Source: the human T2T-CHM13v2.0 reference genome, Homo sapiens
Length of the DNA: 64,000 nucleotides
NCBI RefSeq assembly: GCF_009914755.1
Contig: NC_060948.1
Reading direction: 5' to 3' (one strand)
The position numbers and the translations under genes are program-made. The notes beneath the pieces were generated by a model. It was not told the DNA's origin. It saw nothing but the letters and a program-made list of their open reading frames with translations, and ran no database searches. How positions within the stretch are numbered: position 1 is the stretch's first letter; every line of letters begins with the position of its first letter. Below are positions 1-21,058 of the stretch, piece after piece.

Positions 1-1542
<1,542 letters not shown>

Positions 1543-1545
1543 TAG

Positions 1546-1575
1546 CTGGGACTACACCACACTGGGACTACACCA
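1546..1575. repeat. 16-bp-period internal tandem duplication in the Alu right arm (representative; present in all 26 Alus)
   Basis: ctgggactacacca-ca-ctgggactacacca at 1546-1559 and 1562-1575; the Alu consensus has CTGGGACTACA once here. Confidence 0.9.
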
Positions 1576-1645
1576 GCTGCCACCATGCCTAGCTAATTTT
1601 TTGGATTTTTAGTAGTGACAGCGTTTCACTGTATTGGCCAGGATG

Positions 1646-1716
1646 GTCTTGATCTCTTCACCTTGTGATCCCCTTGCCTTGGCCTCCAAATTTGCTGGGA
1701 TTACAGGCCTGAGCCA
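1646..1716 (-). promoter_or_regulatory. Residual Alu internal Pol III promoter: A box (TGGCTCAGGCC, 1716-1706) and B box (GATCAAGAC, 1654-1646); activity unknown
   Basis: Minus-strand motifs sit at the canonical Alu left-arm positions, and the B box fits GWTCRANNC. Confidence 0.45.
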
Positions 1717-2290
1717 AGATCCATATTTTTTAAATGAAAAAAAATTTCAAAGGTACTCTGCTTGGTACAATAATCAAATGTATAAACTGAGGAATAAAAC
1801 ATAACCATGAAACCTACTTATAACTGCATATGGAAAATACAGAGGATAATTTTTTAAATAACATATTTTGAAAGCCTTAACTAGTAATTTGAAGAGCTGG
1901 CATTTGAAAGGCCAGTATGAATATACCTTCAAAGCAGCAACAGAGGTTCCCCATGAGAAAAAGCAAACACAGGGAAAGTAAAAACACAAAGGTTCAATCT
2001 CGTCTGACCTTTGAAAGACACAGCACAGACAGTGGTCCTTAGGACGAAGAGCAGGAGACCCCTAATTCCGTCACCATGGCGATAGGGCATAAACATTGCT
2101 GGGTGAGGGCACAATCCACATTGTGAGGTCCAACTGCTGCCAGGAAGACAGGAGTGCTTTTACATAGACCGAAAGGTCATTGAAGGCTCAGAGTTTTGTT
2201 TCAAGAACTGAATCCCAAGCCCACACGTTATTAGGCTGCGCTTCTTAAAACAACTTATGAGATGGGAAAAAGGGCACCCACAAACATACG
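1717..2290. repeat. HSATI-type non-Alu core of unit 1 (representative; repeated directly after each of the 26 Alus)
   Basis: ~570 bp complex sequence from agatccatattttt to gggcacccacaaacatacg, near-identical in all units. The HSATI name is inferred from the known DYZ2 composition; the right boundary is approximate. Confidence 0.75.
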
Positions 2291-3837
2291 TATACGTTAT
2301 GTATATAATAATATACAGTATCATATATATAATATATATAACCTATGTATAATATTGTTTTACATCCTGCATCTTATGTTATATATATTGTATAAAATAT
2401 AATAATTGATAATATATAAGTTTTATAATTATACAGTAAGACATATAGTATATATTATAATTTATGACATATGTAATATATGTTATATGTCATATATAGA
2501 ATATATTATACGGTTAATATACGTATTAAATATAAATTATACATTATATATATTATATATAATATATCTGTTATATATAATACCCATTATGCATAATATA
2601 TATATTATGTCTATGTTATATATAGTATAAAACAACATATAATAATATATAATTGTATATATAAAATGCGACATATAATATATATTATATTTTATAACAT
2701 ATGTAATATATATTATATATAATACGTTGTATGTATAATACCTATATTAAATATATATTATATGACTATGTTATTAATTACATGTCACATGTGTTATATA
2801 TTATATATTTTACATAGAATATACCGGTTACATACAATATATACTATGTTACCTATAATGTATAATTTATTACATGTAAAATAAAGAATGCAATATATTA
2901 TGTAAAATTTATAATATACCATATGTGGAATGTGATATATATAACATATAATATATGATATATGATATACAGTATATGATATATAACATACAATATATGA
3001 TTCCTAATATATATGGTATACAATATATATTTTATGATATGTATTCTATATGTTTTATATTCTGTTATATATAACTATTTGAAATTATATATAACTGTAT
3101 AATATTTTATGTAAATATGAAATATAATATATATAACTATATAATATATTATATATAACTATATATTATATTATATATACTTTTATAACATAATTTACAT
3201 AAAATATCATAATATAATATATATTATATTATTTCATATTACATAATACATATTACATATCACCCAATATAACTAACATACATAATATTATAATATAGAT
3301 TATATTGTGTTATATTAAATATCATATATATCATGTATCATATATTCTATAATATATAATACACATTATATAATATGTATGTTGTCTATTACGTGATATA
3401 TATAACTATATATATAATTATATTTTTATACATATAACTAGATAAACATGTAATTCTACATATTTTCATTTATAATATGTAGAATTATATAATCATATAT
3501 AATTATTTATATTCTATAAAAAATTTTATCATTATATAAATTATAATATATAAAAATTATAATATGTACTACAAATATATATATTATATATCATATATGC
3601 TATAGTACCTTTGTTATATATCATAATACATATAAATGTGTATTATGTTATCTATAATTATATAATTTCATATATAAGTTGTATAATATGTATCATATAT
3701 TATATATGTTATGTAATATATATAGTATATATAAGATGACACAGGATAAATATTATATACTATGACATATAAAATATATGAGGTTATATGTTACATATAA
3801 GGCATAGCACATAACATGTAATATATATCATATATAA
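2291..3837. repeat. Complete AT-rich domain between core 1 and Alu 2 (representative, ~1.55 kb)
   Basis: Degenerate TA-rich sequence conserved base-for-base between units, with fixed landmarks tacggtt, tgcgac, accggt, tgtggaatgtg, cacccaa, gtaccttt, gacacagg. Confidence 0.9.
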
Positions 3838-4129
<292 letters not shown>

Positions 4130-6235
4130 AGATCCATATTTTTTAAATGAAAAAAAATTTCAAAGGTACTCTGCTTGGTACAATAAACAAATGTATAAAC
4201 TGAGGAATAAAACATAACCATGAAACCTACTTATAACTGCATATGGAAAATACAGAGGATAATTTTTTAAATAACATATTTTGAAAGCCTTAACTAGTAA
4301 TTTGAAGAGTTGGCATTTGAAAGGCCAGTATGAATATACCTTCAAAGCAGCAACACAGGTTCCCCATGAGAAAAAGCAAACACAGGGAAAATAAAAACAC
4401 AAAGGTTCAATCTCTTCTGACCTTTGAAAGACACAGCACAGACAGTGGTCCTTAGGACGAATAGCAGGAGACCCCTAATTCCGTCACCATGGCGATAGGG
4501 CATAAACATTGCTGGGTGAGGGCACAATCCACATTGTGAGGTCCAGCTGCTGCCAGGAAGACAGGAGTGCTTTTACATAGACCGAAAGGTCATTGAAGGC
4601 TCAGAGTTTTGTTTCAAGAACTGAATCCCAAGCACACACGTTATTAGGCTGCGCTTCTTAAAACAAGTTATGAGATGGGAAAAAGGGCACCCACAAACAT
4701 ACGTATACATTATGTATATAATAATATACAGTATCATATATATAATATATATAACCTATGTATAATATTGTTTTACATCCTGCATCTTATGTTATATATA
4801 TTGTATAAGATATAATAATTGATAATATATAAGTTTTATATTTATACAATATGACATATAGTATATATTATAATTTATGACATATGTAATATATGTTATA
4901 TGTCATATATAGAATATATTATACGGTTAATATACGTATTAAATATAAATTATACATTATATATATTATATATAATATATCTGTTATATATAATAACCAT
5001 TATGCATAATATATATATTATGTCTATGTTATATATAGTATAAAACAACATATAATAATATATAATTGTATATGTAAAATGCGACATATAATATATATTA
5101 TATTTTATAACATATGTAATATATATTATATATTATATATAATACGTTGTATGAATAATACCTATATTAAATATATATTATATGACTATGTTATTAATTA
5201 CATGTCACATGTGTTATATATTATATATTTTACATAGAATATACCAGTTGCATACAATATATACTATGTTACCTATAATGTATAATTTATTACATGTAAA
5301 ATAAAGAATGCAATATATTATGTATAATTTATAATATACAATATGTGGAATGTGATATATATAACATATAATATATGATATATGATATACAGTATATGAT
5401 ATATAACATACAATATATGATTCCTAATATATATGGTATACAATATATATTTTATGATATATATTCTATACGTTTTATATTCTGTTATATATAACTATTT
5501 GAAATTATATATAACTGTATAATATTTTATGTAAATATGTAATATAATATATATAACTATATAATATATTATATATAACTATATATTATGTTATATATAC
5601 TTTTATAACATAATTTACATAAAATATCATAATATAATATATATTATATTATTTCATATTACATAATATATATTACATATCACCCAATATAACTAACATA
5701 CATAATATTATAATATAGATTATATTGTGTTATATTAAATATCATATATATCATGTATCATATATTCTATAATATATAATACACATTATATAATATGTAT
5801 GTTGTCTATTATGTGATTTATATAACTATATATATAATTATATTTTTATACATATAACTAGATAAACATGTAATTCTACATATTTTCATTTATAATATGT
5901 AGAATTATATAATCATATATAATTTTTTATATTCTATAAATATTTTATCATTATATAAATTATAATATATAAAAATTATAATATGTACTACAAATATATA
6001 TATTATATATCATATATGCTATAGTACCTTTGTTATATATCATAATACATATAAATGTGTATTATGTTATCTATAATTATATAATTTCATATATATATGT
6101 TGTATAATATGTATCATATATTATATATGTTATGTAATATATATAGTATATATAAGATGACACAGGATAAATATTATATACTATGACATATAAAATATAT
6201 GAGGTTATATGTTACATATAAGGCATAGCACATAA

Positions 6236-6550
<315 letters not shown>

Positions 6551-8654
6551 AGATCCATATTTTTTAAATGAAAAAAAATTTCAAAGGTACTCTGCTTGGT
6601 ACAATAATCAAATGTATAAACTGAGGAATAAAACATAACCATGAAACCTACTTATAACTGCGTATGGAAAATACAGAGGATAATTTTTTAAATAATATAT
6701 TTTGAAAGCCTTAACTAGTAATTTGAAGAGCTGGCATTTGAAAGACCAGTATGAATATACCTTCAAAGCAGCAACACAGGTTCCCCATGAGAAAAAGCAA
6801 ACACAGGGAAAATAAAAACACAAAGGTTCAATCTCTTCTGACCTTTGAAAGACACAGCACAGACAGTGGTCCTTAGGACGAAGAGCAGGAGACCCCTAAT
6901 TCCGTCACCATGGCGATAGGGCTTAAACATTTCTGGGTGAGGGCACAATCCACATTGTGAGGTCCAACTGCTGCCAGGAAGACAGGAGTGCTTTTACATA
7001 GACCGAAAGGTCATTGAAGGCTCAGAGTTTTGTTTCAAGAACTGAATCCCAAGCCCACACGTTATTAGGCTGCGCTTCTTAAAACAAGTTATGAGATGGG
7101 AAAAAGGGCACCCACAAACATACGTATACATTATGTATATAATAATATACAGTATCATATATAAAATATGTATAACCTATGTATAATATTGTTTTACATC
7201 CTGCATCTTATATTATATATATTGTATAAAATATAATAATTGATAATATATAAGTTTTATATTTATACAATATGGCATATAGTATATATTATAATTTATG
7301 ACATATATAATATATGTTACATATCATATACAGAATATATTATACGGTTAATATACGTATTAAATATAAATTATACATTATATATATTATATAAAATATA
7401 TCTGTTATATATAATACCCATTATGCATAATATATATATTATGTCTATGTTATATATAGTATAAAACAACATATAATAATATATAATTGTATATATAAAA
7501 TGCGACATATAATATATATTATATTTTATGACATATATAATATGTGTTATATATTATATATAATACGTTGTATGTATAATACCTATATTAAATATATATT
7601 ATATGACTATGTTATTAATTACATGTCACATATGTTATATATTATATATTTTACATAGAATATACCGGTTACATGCAATATATACTATGTTACCTATAAT
7701 GTATAATTGATTACATGTAAAATAAAGAATGCAATATATTATGTATAATTTATAATATACAATATGTGGAATGTGAGATATATAACATATAATATATGAT
7801 ATATGATATACAGTATATGATATATAACATACAATATATGATACCTAATATATATGATATACAATATATGTTTTATGATATGTATTCTATATGTTTTATA
7901 TTCTGTTATATATAACTATTTGAAATTATATATAACTGTATAATATTTTATGCAAATATGTAATATAATATATATAACTATATAATATATTATATATAAC
8001 AATATATTATGTTATATATACTTTTATAACATAATTTACATTAAATATCATAATATAATATATATTATATTATTTCACATTACATAATATATATTACATA
8101 TCACCCAATATAAGTAACATACATAATATTATAATATAGATTATATTATGTTATATTAAATATCATATATATCATGTATCATATATTCTATAATATATAT
8201 TACACATTATATAATATGTATGTTGTCTATTATGTCATATATATAACTATATATATAATTATATTATTATACATATAACTAGATAAACATGAAATTCTAC
8301 ATATTTTCATTTATAATATATAGAATTATATAATGATATATAATTATTTATATTCTATAAAATATTATATCATTATATGAATTATAATATATAAAAATTA
8401 TAATATGTACTATAAATATATATATTATATATCATATATGATATAGTACCTTGTTATATATCATAATACATATAAATGTGTATTCTGTTATCTACAATTA
8501 TATAATTTCATATATAAGATATATAATATGTATTATATATTGTATATGTTATGTAATATATATAGTATATATAAGCTGACACAGGATAAATATTATATAC
8601 TATGACATATAAAATATATGAGGTTATATGTTACATATAAGGCATAGCACATAA

Positions 8655-8969
<315 letters not shown>

Positions 8970-11081
8970 AGATCCATATTTTGTAAATGAAAAAAAATTT
9001 CAAAGGTACTCTGCTTGGTACAATAATCAAATGTATAAACTCAGGAATGAAACATAACCATGAAACCCACTTATAACTGCATATGGAAAATACAGAGGAT
9101 AATTTTTTAAATAACATATTTTGAAAGCCTGAACTAGTAATTTGAAGAGTTGGCATTTGAAAGGCCAGTATGAATATACCTTCAAAGCAGCAACACAGGT
9201 TCCCCATGAGAAAAAGCAAACTCAGGGAAAATAAAACCACAAAGGTTCAATCTCTTCTGACCTTTGAAAGACACAGCACAGACAGTGGTCCTTAGGACGA
9301 AGAGCAGGAGACCCCTAATTCCGTCACCATGGCGATAGGGCATAAACATTGCTGGGTGAGGGCACAATCCACATTGTGAGGTCCAACTGCTGCCAGGAAG
9401 ACAGGAGTGCTTTTACATAGACCGAAAGGTCATTGAAGGCTCAGAGTTTTGTTTCAAGAACTGAATCCCAAGCCCACACGTTATTAGGCTGCGCTTCTTA
9501 AAACAAGTTATGAGATGGGAAAAAGGGCACCCACAAACATACGTATACATTATGTATATAATAATATACAGTATCATATATATAATATATATAACCTATG
9601 TATAATATTGTTTTACATCCTGCATCTTATATTATATATATTGTCTAAAATATAATAATTGATAATATATAAGTTTTATATTTATACAATATGACATATA
9701 GTATATATTATAATTTATGACATATATAATATATGTTATATATCATATATAGAATATATTATACGGTTAATATACGTATTAAATATAAATTATACATTAT
9801 ATATATTATATATAATATATCTGTTATATATAATACCCATTATGCATAATATGTATATTATGTCTATGTTATATATAGTATAAAACAACATATAATAATA
9901 TATAATTGTATATATAAAATGGGACATATAATATATATTATATTTTATGACATATGTAATATATATTATATATTATATATAATACGTTGTATGTATAATA
10001 CCTATATTAAATATATATTATATGACTATGTTATTAATTACATGTCACATGTGTTATATATTATATATTTTACATAGAATATACCGGTTACATACAATAT
10101 ATACTATGTTACCTATAATGTATAATTGATTACATGTAAAATAAAGAATGCAATATATTATGTATAATTTATAATATACAATATGTGGAACGTGATATAT
10201 ATAACATATAATATATGATATATGATATACAGTATATGATATATAACATACAATATATGATACCTAGTATATATGGTATACAATATATATTTTATGATAT
10301 GTATTCTATATGTTTTATATTCTGTTATATATAACTATTTGAAATTATATATAACTGGATAATATTTTATGTAAATATGTAATATAATATATATAACTAT
10401 ATAATATATTATATATAACTATATATTATGTTATATATACTTTTATAACATAATTTACATAAAATGTCATAATATAATATATATTATATTATTCCACATT
10501 ACATAATATATATTACATATCACCCAATATAAGTAACATAGATAATATTATAATATAGATTATATTATGTTATATTAAATATCATATATATCATGTATCA
10601 TATATTCTATAATATATATTACACATTATATAATATGTATGTTGTCTATTATGTGATATATATAACTATATATATAATTATATTATTATACATATAACTA
10701 GATAAACATGTAATTCTACATATTTTCATTTATAATATATAGAATTATATAATCATATATAATTATTTATATTCTATAAAAAATTATATCATTATATAAA
10801 TTATAATATAAAAAAAATATAATATGTACTACAAATATATATATTATATATCATATATGATATAGTACCTTTGTTATATATCATAATACATATAAATGTG
10901 TATTATGTTATCTATAATTATATAATTTCATATATAAGATGTATAATATGTATTATATATTGTATATGTTATGTAATGTATATAGTATATATAAGCTGAC
11001 ACTGGATAAATATTATATACTATGACATATAAAATATATGAGGTTATATGTTACATATAAGGCATAGCACATAACATGTAA

Positions 11082-11388
<307 letters not shown>

Positions 11389-13500
11389 AGATCCATATTT
11401 TTTAAATGAAAAAAAATTTCAAAGGTACTCTGCTTGGTACAATAATCAAATGTATAAACTGAGGAATAAAACATAACCATGAAACCTACTTATAACTGCA
11501 TATGGAAAATACAGAGGATAATTTTTTAAATAACATATTTTGAAAGCCTTAACTAGTAATTTGAAGAGTTGGCATTTGAAAGGCCAGTATGAATATACCT
11601 TCAAAGCAACAACACAGGTTCCCCATGAGAAACAGCAAACTCAGGGAAAATAAAACCACAAAGGTTCAAGCTCTTCTGACCTTTGAAAGACACAGCACAG
11701 ACAGTGGTCCTTAGGACGAAGAGCAGGAGACCCCTAATTCCGTCACCATGGCGATAGGGCATAAACATTGCTGGGTGAGGGCACAATCCACATTGTGAGG
11801 TCCAACTGCTGCCAGGAAGACAGGAGTGCTTTTACATAGACCGAAAGGTCATTGAAGGCTCAGAGTTTTGTTTCAAGAACTGAATCCCAAGCCCACACGT
11901 TATTAGGCTGCGCTTCTTAAAACAAGTTATGAGATGGGAAAAAGGGCACCCACAAACATACGTATACATTATGTATATAATAATATACAGTATCATATAT
12001 ATAATATATATAACCTATGTATAATATTGTTTTACATCCTGCATCTTATATTATATATATTGTCTAAAATATAATAATTGATTATATATAAGTTTTATAT
12101 TTATACAATATGACATATAGTATATATTATAATTTATGACATATATAATATATGTTATATATCATATATAGAATATATTATACGGTTAATATACGTATTA
12201 AATATAAATTATACATTATATATATTATATATAATATATCTGTTATATATAATACCCATTATGCATAATATGTATATTATGTCTATGTTATATATAGTAT
12301 AAAACAACATATAATAATACATAATTGTATATATAAAATGCGACATATAATATATATTTTATTTTATGACATATGTAATATATATTATATATTATATATA
12401 ATACGTTGTATGTATAATACCTATATTAAATATATATTATATGACTATGTTATTAATTACATGTCACATATGTTATATATTATATATTTTACATAGAATA
12501 TACCGGTTACATACAATATATACTATGTTACCTATAATGTATAATTGATTACATGTAAAATAAAGAATGCAATATATTATGTATAATTTATAATATACAA
12601 TATATGGAACGTGATATATATAACATATAATATATGATATATGATATACAGTATATGATATATATCATACAATATATGATACCTAGTATATATGGTATAC
12701 AATATATATTTTATGATATGTATTCTATATGTTTTATATTCTGTTATATATAACTATTTGAAATTATATATAACTGTATAATATTTTATGTAAATATGTA
12801 ATATAATATATATAACTATATAATATATTATATATAACTATATATTATGTTATATATACTTTTATAACATAATTTACATAAAATGTCATAATATAATATA
12901 TATTATATTATTCCACATTACATAATATATATTACATATCACCCAATATAAGTAACATAGATAATATTATAATATAGATTATATTATGTTATATTAAATA
13001 TCATATATATCATGTATCATATATTCTATAATATATATTACACATTATATAATATGTATGTTGTCTATTATGTGATATATATAAATATATATATAATTAT
13101 ATTATTATACATATAACTAGATAAACATGTAATTCTACATAATTTCATTTATAATATATAGAATTATATAATCATATATAATTATTTATATTCTATAAAA
13201 AATTATATCATTATATAAATTATAATATAAAAAAATTATAATATGTACTACAAATATATATATTATATATCATATATGATATAGTACCTTTGTTATATAT
13301 CATAATACATATAAATGTGTATTATGTTATCTATAATTATATAATTTCATATATAAGATATATAATATGTATTATATATTGTATATTTTATGTAATATAT
13401 ATAGTATATATAAGCTGACACAGGATAAATATTATATACTATGACATATAAAATATATGAGGTTATATGTTACATATAAGGCATAGCACATAACATGTAA

Positions 13501-13807
<307 letters not shown>

Positions 13808-15905
13808 AGATCCATATTTTTTAAATGAAAAAAAATTTCAAAGGTACTCTGCTTGGTACAATAATCAAATGTATAAACTGAGGAATAAAACATAACCATG
13901 AAACCTACTTATAACTGCATATGGAAATTACAGAGGATAATTTTTTAAATAACATATTTTGAAAGCCTTAACTAGTAATTTGAAGAGTTGGCATTTGTAA
14001 GGCCAGTATGAATATACCTTCAAAGCAGCAACACAGGTTCCCCATGAGAAAAAGCAAACTCAGGGAAAATAAAACCACAAAGGTTCAATCTCTTCTGACC
14101 TTTGAAAGACACAGCACAGACAGTGGTCCTTAGGACGAAGAGCAGGAGACCCCTAATTCCGTCACCATGGCGATAGGGCATAAACATTGCTGGGTGAGGG
14201 CACAATCCACATTGAGAGGTCCAACTGCTGCCAGGAAGACAGGAGTGCTTTTACATAGACCGAAAGGTCATTGAAGGCTCAGAGTTTTGTTTCAAGAACT
14301 GAATCCCAAGCCCACACGTTATTAGGCTGCGCTTCTTAAAACAAGTTATGAGATGGGAAAAAGGGCACCCACAAACATACGTATACATTATGTATATAAT
14401 AATATACAGTATCATATATATAATATATATAACCTATGTATAATATTGTTTTACATCATGCATCTTATATTATATATATTGTATAAAATATAATAATTCA
14501 TAATATATAACGTTTATATTTATACAATATGACATATAGTATATATTATAATTTAATACATATATAATATATGTTATATATCATATATAGAATATATTAT
14601 ACGGTTAATATACGTATTAAATATAAATTATACATTATATATATTATATAAAATATATCTGTTATATATAATACCCTTTATGCATAATATATATATTATG
14701 TCTATGTTACATATAGTATAAAACAACATATAATAATATATAATTGTATATATAAAATGCGACATATAATATATATTATATTTTATGACATATGTAATAT
14801 ATATTATATATTATATATAATACGTTGTATGTATAATACCTATATTAAATATATATTATATGACTATGTTATTAATTACATGTCACATATGTTATATATT
14901 ACATATTTTACATAGAATATACCGGTTACATGCAATATATACTATGTTACCTATAATGTATAATTGATTACATGTAAAATAAAGAATGCAATATATTATG
15001 TATAATTTATAATATACAATATGTGGAATGTGAGATATATAACATATAATATATGATATATGATATACAGTATATGATATATAACATACAATATATGATA
15101 CCTAATATATATGGTATACAATATATATTTTATGATATGTATTCTATATGTTTTATATTCTGTTATATATAACTATTTGAAATTATATATAACTGTATAA
15201 TATTTTATGCAAATATGTAATATAATATATATAACTATATAATATATTATATATAACTATATATTATGTTATATATACTTTTATAACATAATTTACATTA
15301 AATATCATAATATAATATATATTATATTATTTCACCTTACATAATATATATTACATATCACCCAATATAAGTAACATACATAATATTATAATATAGATTA
15401 TATTATGTTATATTAAATATCATATATATCATGTATCATATATTCTATAATATATATTACACATTATATAATATGTATGTTGTCTATTATGTGATATATA
15501 TAACTATATATATAATTATATTATTATACATATAACTAGATAAACATGTAATTCTACATATTTTCATTTATAATATATAGAATTATATAATCATATATAA
15601 TTATTTATATTCTATAAAAAATTATATCATTATATAAATTATAATATAAAAAAATTATAATATGTACTACAAATATATATATTATATATCATATATGATA
15701 TAGTACCTTTGTTATATATCATAATACATATAAATGTGTATTATGTTATCTATAATTATATAATTTCATATATAAGATGTATAATATGTATTATATATTG
15801 TATATATTATGTAATATATATAGTATATATAAGCTGACACAGGATAAATATTATATACTATGACATATAAAATATATGAGGTTATATGTTACATATAAGG
15901 CATAG

Positions 15906-16226
<321 letters not shown>

Positions 16227-18323
16227 AGATCCATATTTTGTAAATGAAAAAAAATTTCAAAGGTACTCTGCTTGGTACAATAATCAAATGTATAAACTGA
16301 GGAATGAAACATAACCATGAAACCTACTTATAACTGCATATGGAAAATACAGAGGATAATTTTTTAAATAACATATTTTGAAAGCCTTAACTAGTAATTT
16401 GAAGAGTTGGCATTTGAAAGGCCAGTATGAATATACCTTCAAAGCAGCAACACAGGTTCCCCATGAGAAAAAGCAAACTCAGGGAAAATAAAACCACAAA
16501 GGTTCAATCTCTTCTGACCTTTGAAAGACACAGAACAGACAGTGGTCCTTAGGACGAAGAGCAGGAGACCCCTAATTCCGTCACCATGGCGATAGGGCAT
16601 AAACATTGCTGGGTGAGGGCACAATCCACATTGTGAGGTCCAACTGCTGCAGGAAGACAGGACTGCTTTTACATAGACCGAAAGGTCATTGAAGGCTCAG
16701 AGTTTTGTTTCAAGAACTGAATCCCAAGCCCACATGTTATTAGGCTGCGCTTCTTAAAACAAGTTATGAGATGGGAAAAAGGGCACCCACAAACATACGT
16801 ATACATTATGTATATAATAATATACAGTATCATATATATAATATATATAACCCATGTATAATATTGTTTTACATCCTGCATCTTATATTATATATATTGT
16901 ATAAAATATAATAATTGATAATATATAAATTTTATATTTATACAATATGACATATAGTATATATTATAATTTATGACATATATAATATATGTTATATATC
17001 ATATATAGAATATATTATACGGTTAATATACGTATTAAATATAAATTATACATTATATATATTATATATAATATATCTGCTATATATAATACCCATTATG
17101 CATAATATATATATTATGTCTATGTTATATATAGTATAAAACAACATATAATAATATATAATTGTATATATAAAATGCGACATATAATATATATTATATT
17201 TTATGACATATGTAATATATATTATATATTATATATAATACGTTGTATGTATAATACCTATATTAAATATAAATTATATGACTATGTTATTAATTACATG
17301 TCACATATGTTATATATTATATATTTTACATAGAATATACCGGTTACATACAATATATACTATGTTACCTATAATGTATAATTGATTACATGTAAAATAA
17401 AGAATGCAATATATTATGTATAATTTATAATATACAATATGTGGAATGTGATATATATAACATATAATATATGATATATGATATACAGTATATGATATAT
17501 AACATACAATATATGATACCTAATATATATGGTATACAATATATATTTTATGATATGTATTCTCTATGTTTTATATTCTGTTATATATAACTATTTGAAA
17601 TTATATATAACTGTATAATATTTTATGTAAATATGTAATATAATATATAACTATATAATATATTATATATAACTATATATTATGTTATATATACTTTTAT
17701 AACATAATTTACATAAAATATCATAATATAATATATATTATATTATTTCATATTACATAATATATATTACATATCACCCAATATAAGTAACATACATAAT
17801 ATTTTAATATAGATTATATTATGTTATATTAAATATGATATATATCATGTATCATATATTCTATAATATATATGATACATTATATAATATGTATGTTGTC
17901 TATTATGTGATATATATAACTATATATAATTATATTATTATACATATTACTAGATAAACATGTAATTCTACATATTTTCATTTATAATATATAGAATTAT
18001 ATAATCATATATAATTATTTATATTCTATAAAAAATTATATCATATAAATTATAATATATAAAAATTATAATATGTACTACAAATATATATATTATATAT
18101 CATATATGATATAGTACCTTTGTTATATATCATAATACATATAAATGTGTATTATGTTATCTATAATTATATAATTTCATATATAAGATGTATAATATGT
18201 ATTATATATTATATATGTTATGTAATATATATAGTATATATAAGATGACACAGGATAAATATTATATACTATGACATATAAAATATATGAGGTTATATGT
18301 TACATATAAGGCATAGCACATAA

Positions 18324-18638
<315 letters not shown>

Positions 18639-20743
18639 AGATCCATATTTTTTAAATGAAAAAAAATTTCAAAGGTACTCTGCTTGGTACAATAATCAAA
18701 TGTATAAACTGAGGAATAAAACATAACCATGAAACCTACTTATAACTGCATATGGAAAATACAGAGGATAATTTTTTAAATAACATATTTTGAAAGCCTT
18801 AACTAGTAATTTGAAGAGTTGGCATTTGAAAGGCCAGTATGAATATACCTTCAAAGCAGCAACACAGGTTCCCCATGAGAAAAAGCAAACACAGGGAAAA
18901 TAAAAACACAAAGGTTCAATCTCTTCTGACCTTTGAAAGACACAGCACAGACAGTGGTCCTTAGGACGAAGAGCAGGAGACCCCTAATTCCGTCACCATG
19001 GCGATAGGGCATAAACATTGCTGGGTGAGGGCACAATCCACATTGTGAGGTCCAACTGCTGCCAGGAAGACAGGAGTGCTTTTACATAGACCGAAAGGTC
19101 ATTGAAGGCTCAGAGTTTTGTTTCAAGAACTGAATCCCAAGCCCACACGTTATTAGGCTGCGCTTCTTAAAACAAGTTATGAGATGGGAAAAAGGGCACC
19201 TACAAACATACGTATACATTATGTATATAATAATATACAGTATCATATATATAATATATATAACCCATGTATAATATTGTTTTACATCCTGCATCTTATA
19301 TTATATATATTGTATAAAATATAATAATTGATAGTATATAAGTTTTATATTTATACAATATGACATATAGTATATATTATAATTTATGACATATATAATA
19401 TATGTTATATATCATATATAGAATATATTATACGGTTAATATACGTATTAAATATAAATTATACATTATATATATTATATACAATATATATGTTATATAC
19501 AATACCCATTATGCATAATATATATATTATGTCTATGTTATATATAGTATAAAACAACATATAATAATATATAATTGTATATATAAAATGCGACATATAA
19601 TATATATTATATTTTATAACATATGTAATATATATTATATATTATATATAATACGTTGTATGTATAATACCTATATTAAATATATATTATATGACTATGT
19701 TATTAATTACATGTCACATGTGTTATATATTATATATTTTACATAGAATATACTGGTTACATACACTATATACTATGTTACCTATAATGTATAATTTATT
19801 ACATGTAAAATAAAGAATGCAATATATTATGTAAAATTTATAATATACCATATGTGGAATGTGATATATATAACATATAATATATGATATATGATATACA
19901 CTATATGATATATAACATACAATATATGATTCCTAATATATATGGTATACAATATATATTTTATGATACGTATTCTATATGTTTTATATTCTGTTATATA
20001 TAACTATTTGAAATTATATATAACTGTATAATATTTTATGTAAATATGTAATATAATATATATAACTATATAATATATTATATATAACTATATATTATGT
20101 TATATATACTTTTATAACATAATTTACATAAATTAGCATAATATAATATATATTATATTATTTCATATTACATAATATATATTACATATCACCCAATATA
20201 ACTAACATACATAATATTATAATATAGATTATATTGTGTTATATTAAATATCATATATATCATGTATCATATATTCTATAATATATATTACACATTATAT
20301 AAAATGTATGTTGTCTTTTATGTGATATATATAACTATATATATAATTATATTTTTATACATATAACTAGATAAACATGTAATTCTACATATTTTCATTT
20401 ATAATATGTAGAATTATATAATCATATATAATTATTTATATTCTATAAAAAATTTTATCATTATATAAATTATAATAAATAAAAATTATAATATGTACTA
20501 CAAATATATATATTATATATCATATATGCTATAGTACCTTTGTTATATATCATAATACATATAAATGTGTATTATGTTATCTATAGTTATATAATTTCAT
20601 ATATAAGATGTATAATATGTATCATATATTATATATGTTATGTAATATATATAGTATATATAAGATGACACAGGATAAATATTATATACTATGACATATA
20701 AAATATATGAGGTTATATGTTACATATAAGGCATAGCACATAA

Positions 20744-21058
<315 letters not shown>

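Noticed and set aside
1745-2016. Several TTCAAAG / CTTTGAA (TCF/LEF-like) motifs per core
   Set aside because: Short motifs in AT-rich sequence, with no supporting evidence of binding; conservation across units is uninformative.
1774-2114. Repeated minus-strand 61-aa (MCPHPAMF...) and 71-aa (MCFYFPC...) ORFs in almost every unit
   Set aside because: They are short and overlapping, mostly begin at non-ATG codons (TTG/GTG-type), and have no recognisable domain. Their conservation simply reflects near-identical satellite copies, and the 71-aa frame is absent from the ORF track in several units. Useful only as positional markers.
2110-2125. Small inverted repeat CACAAT-CCAC-ATTGTG in the core
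   Set aside because: A 6-bp stem is expected by chance, and it is broken in unit 6 without compensatory change.
2406-2630. I/Y-rich ORFs (also 7240-7464, 16669-16881, 19082-19294)
   Set aside because: Chance translations of TA-rich low-complexity DNA, opened by single substitutions in individual units.
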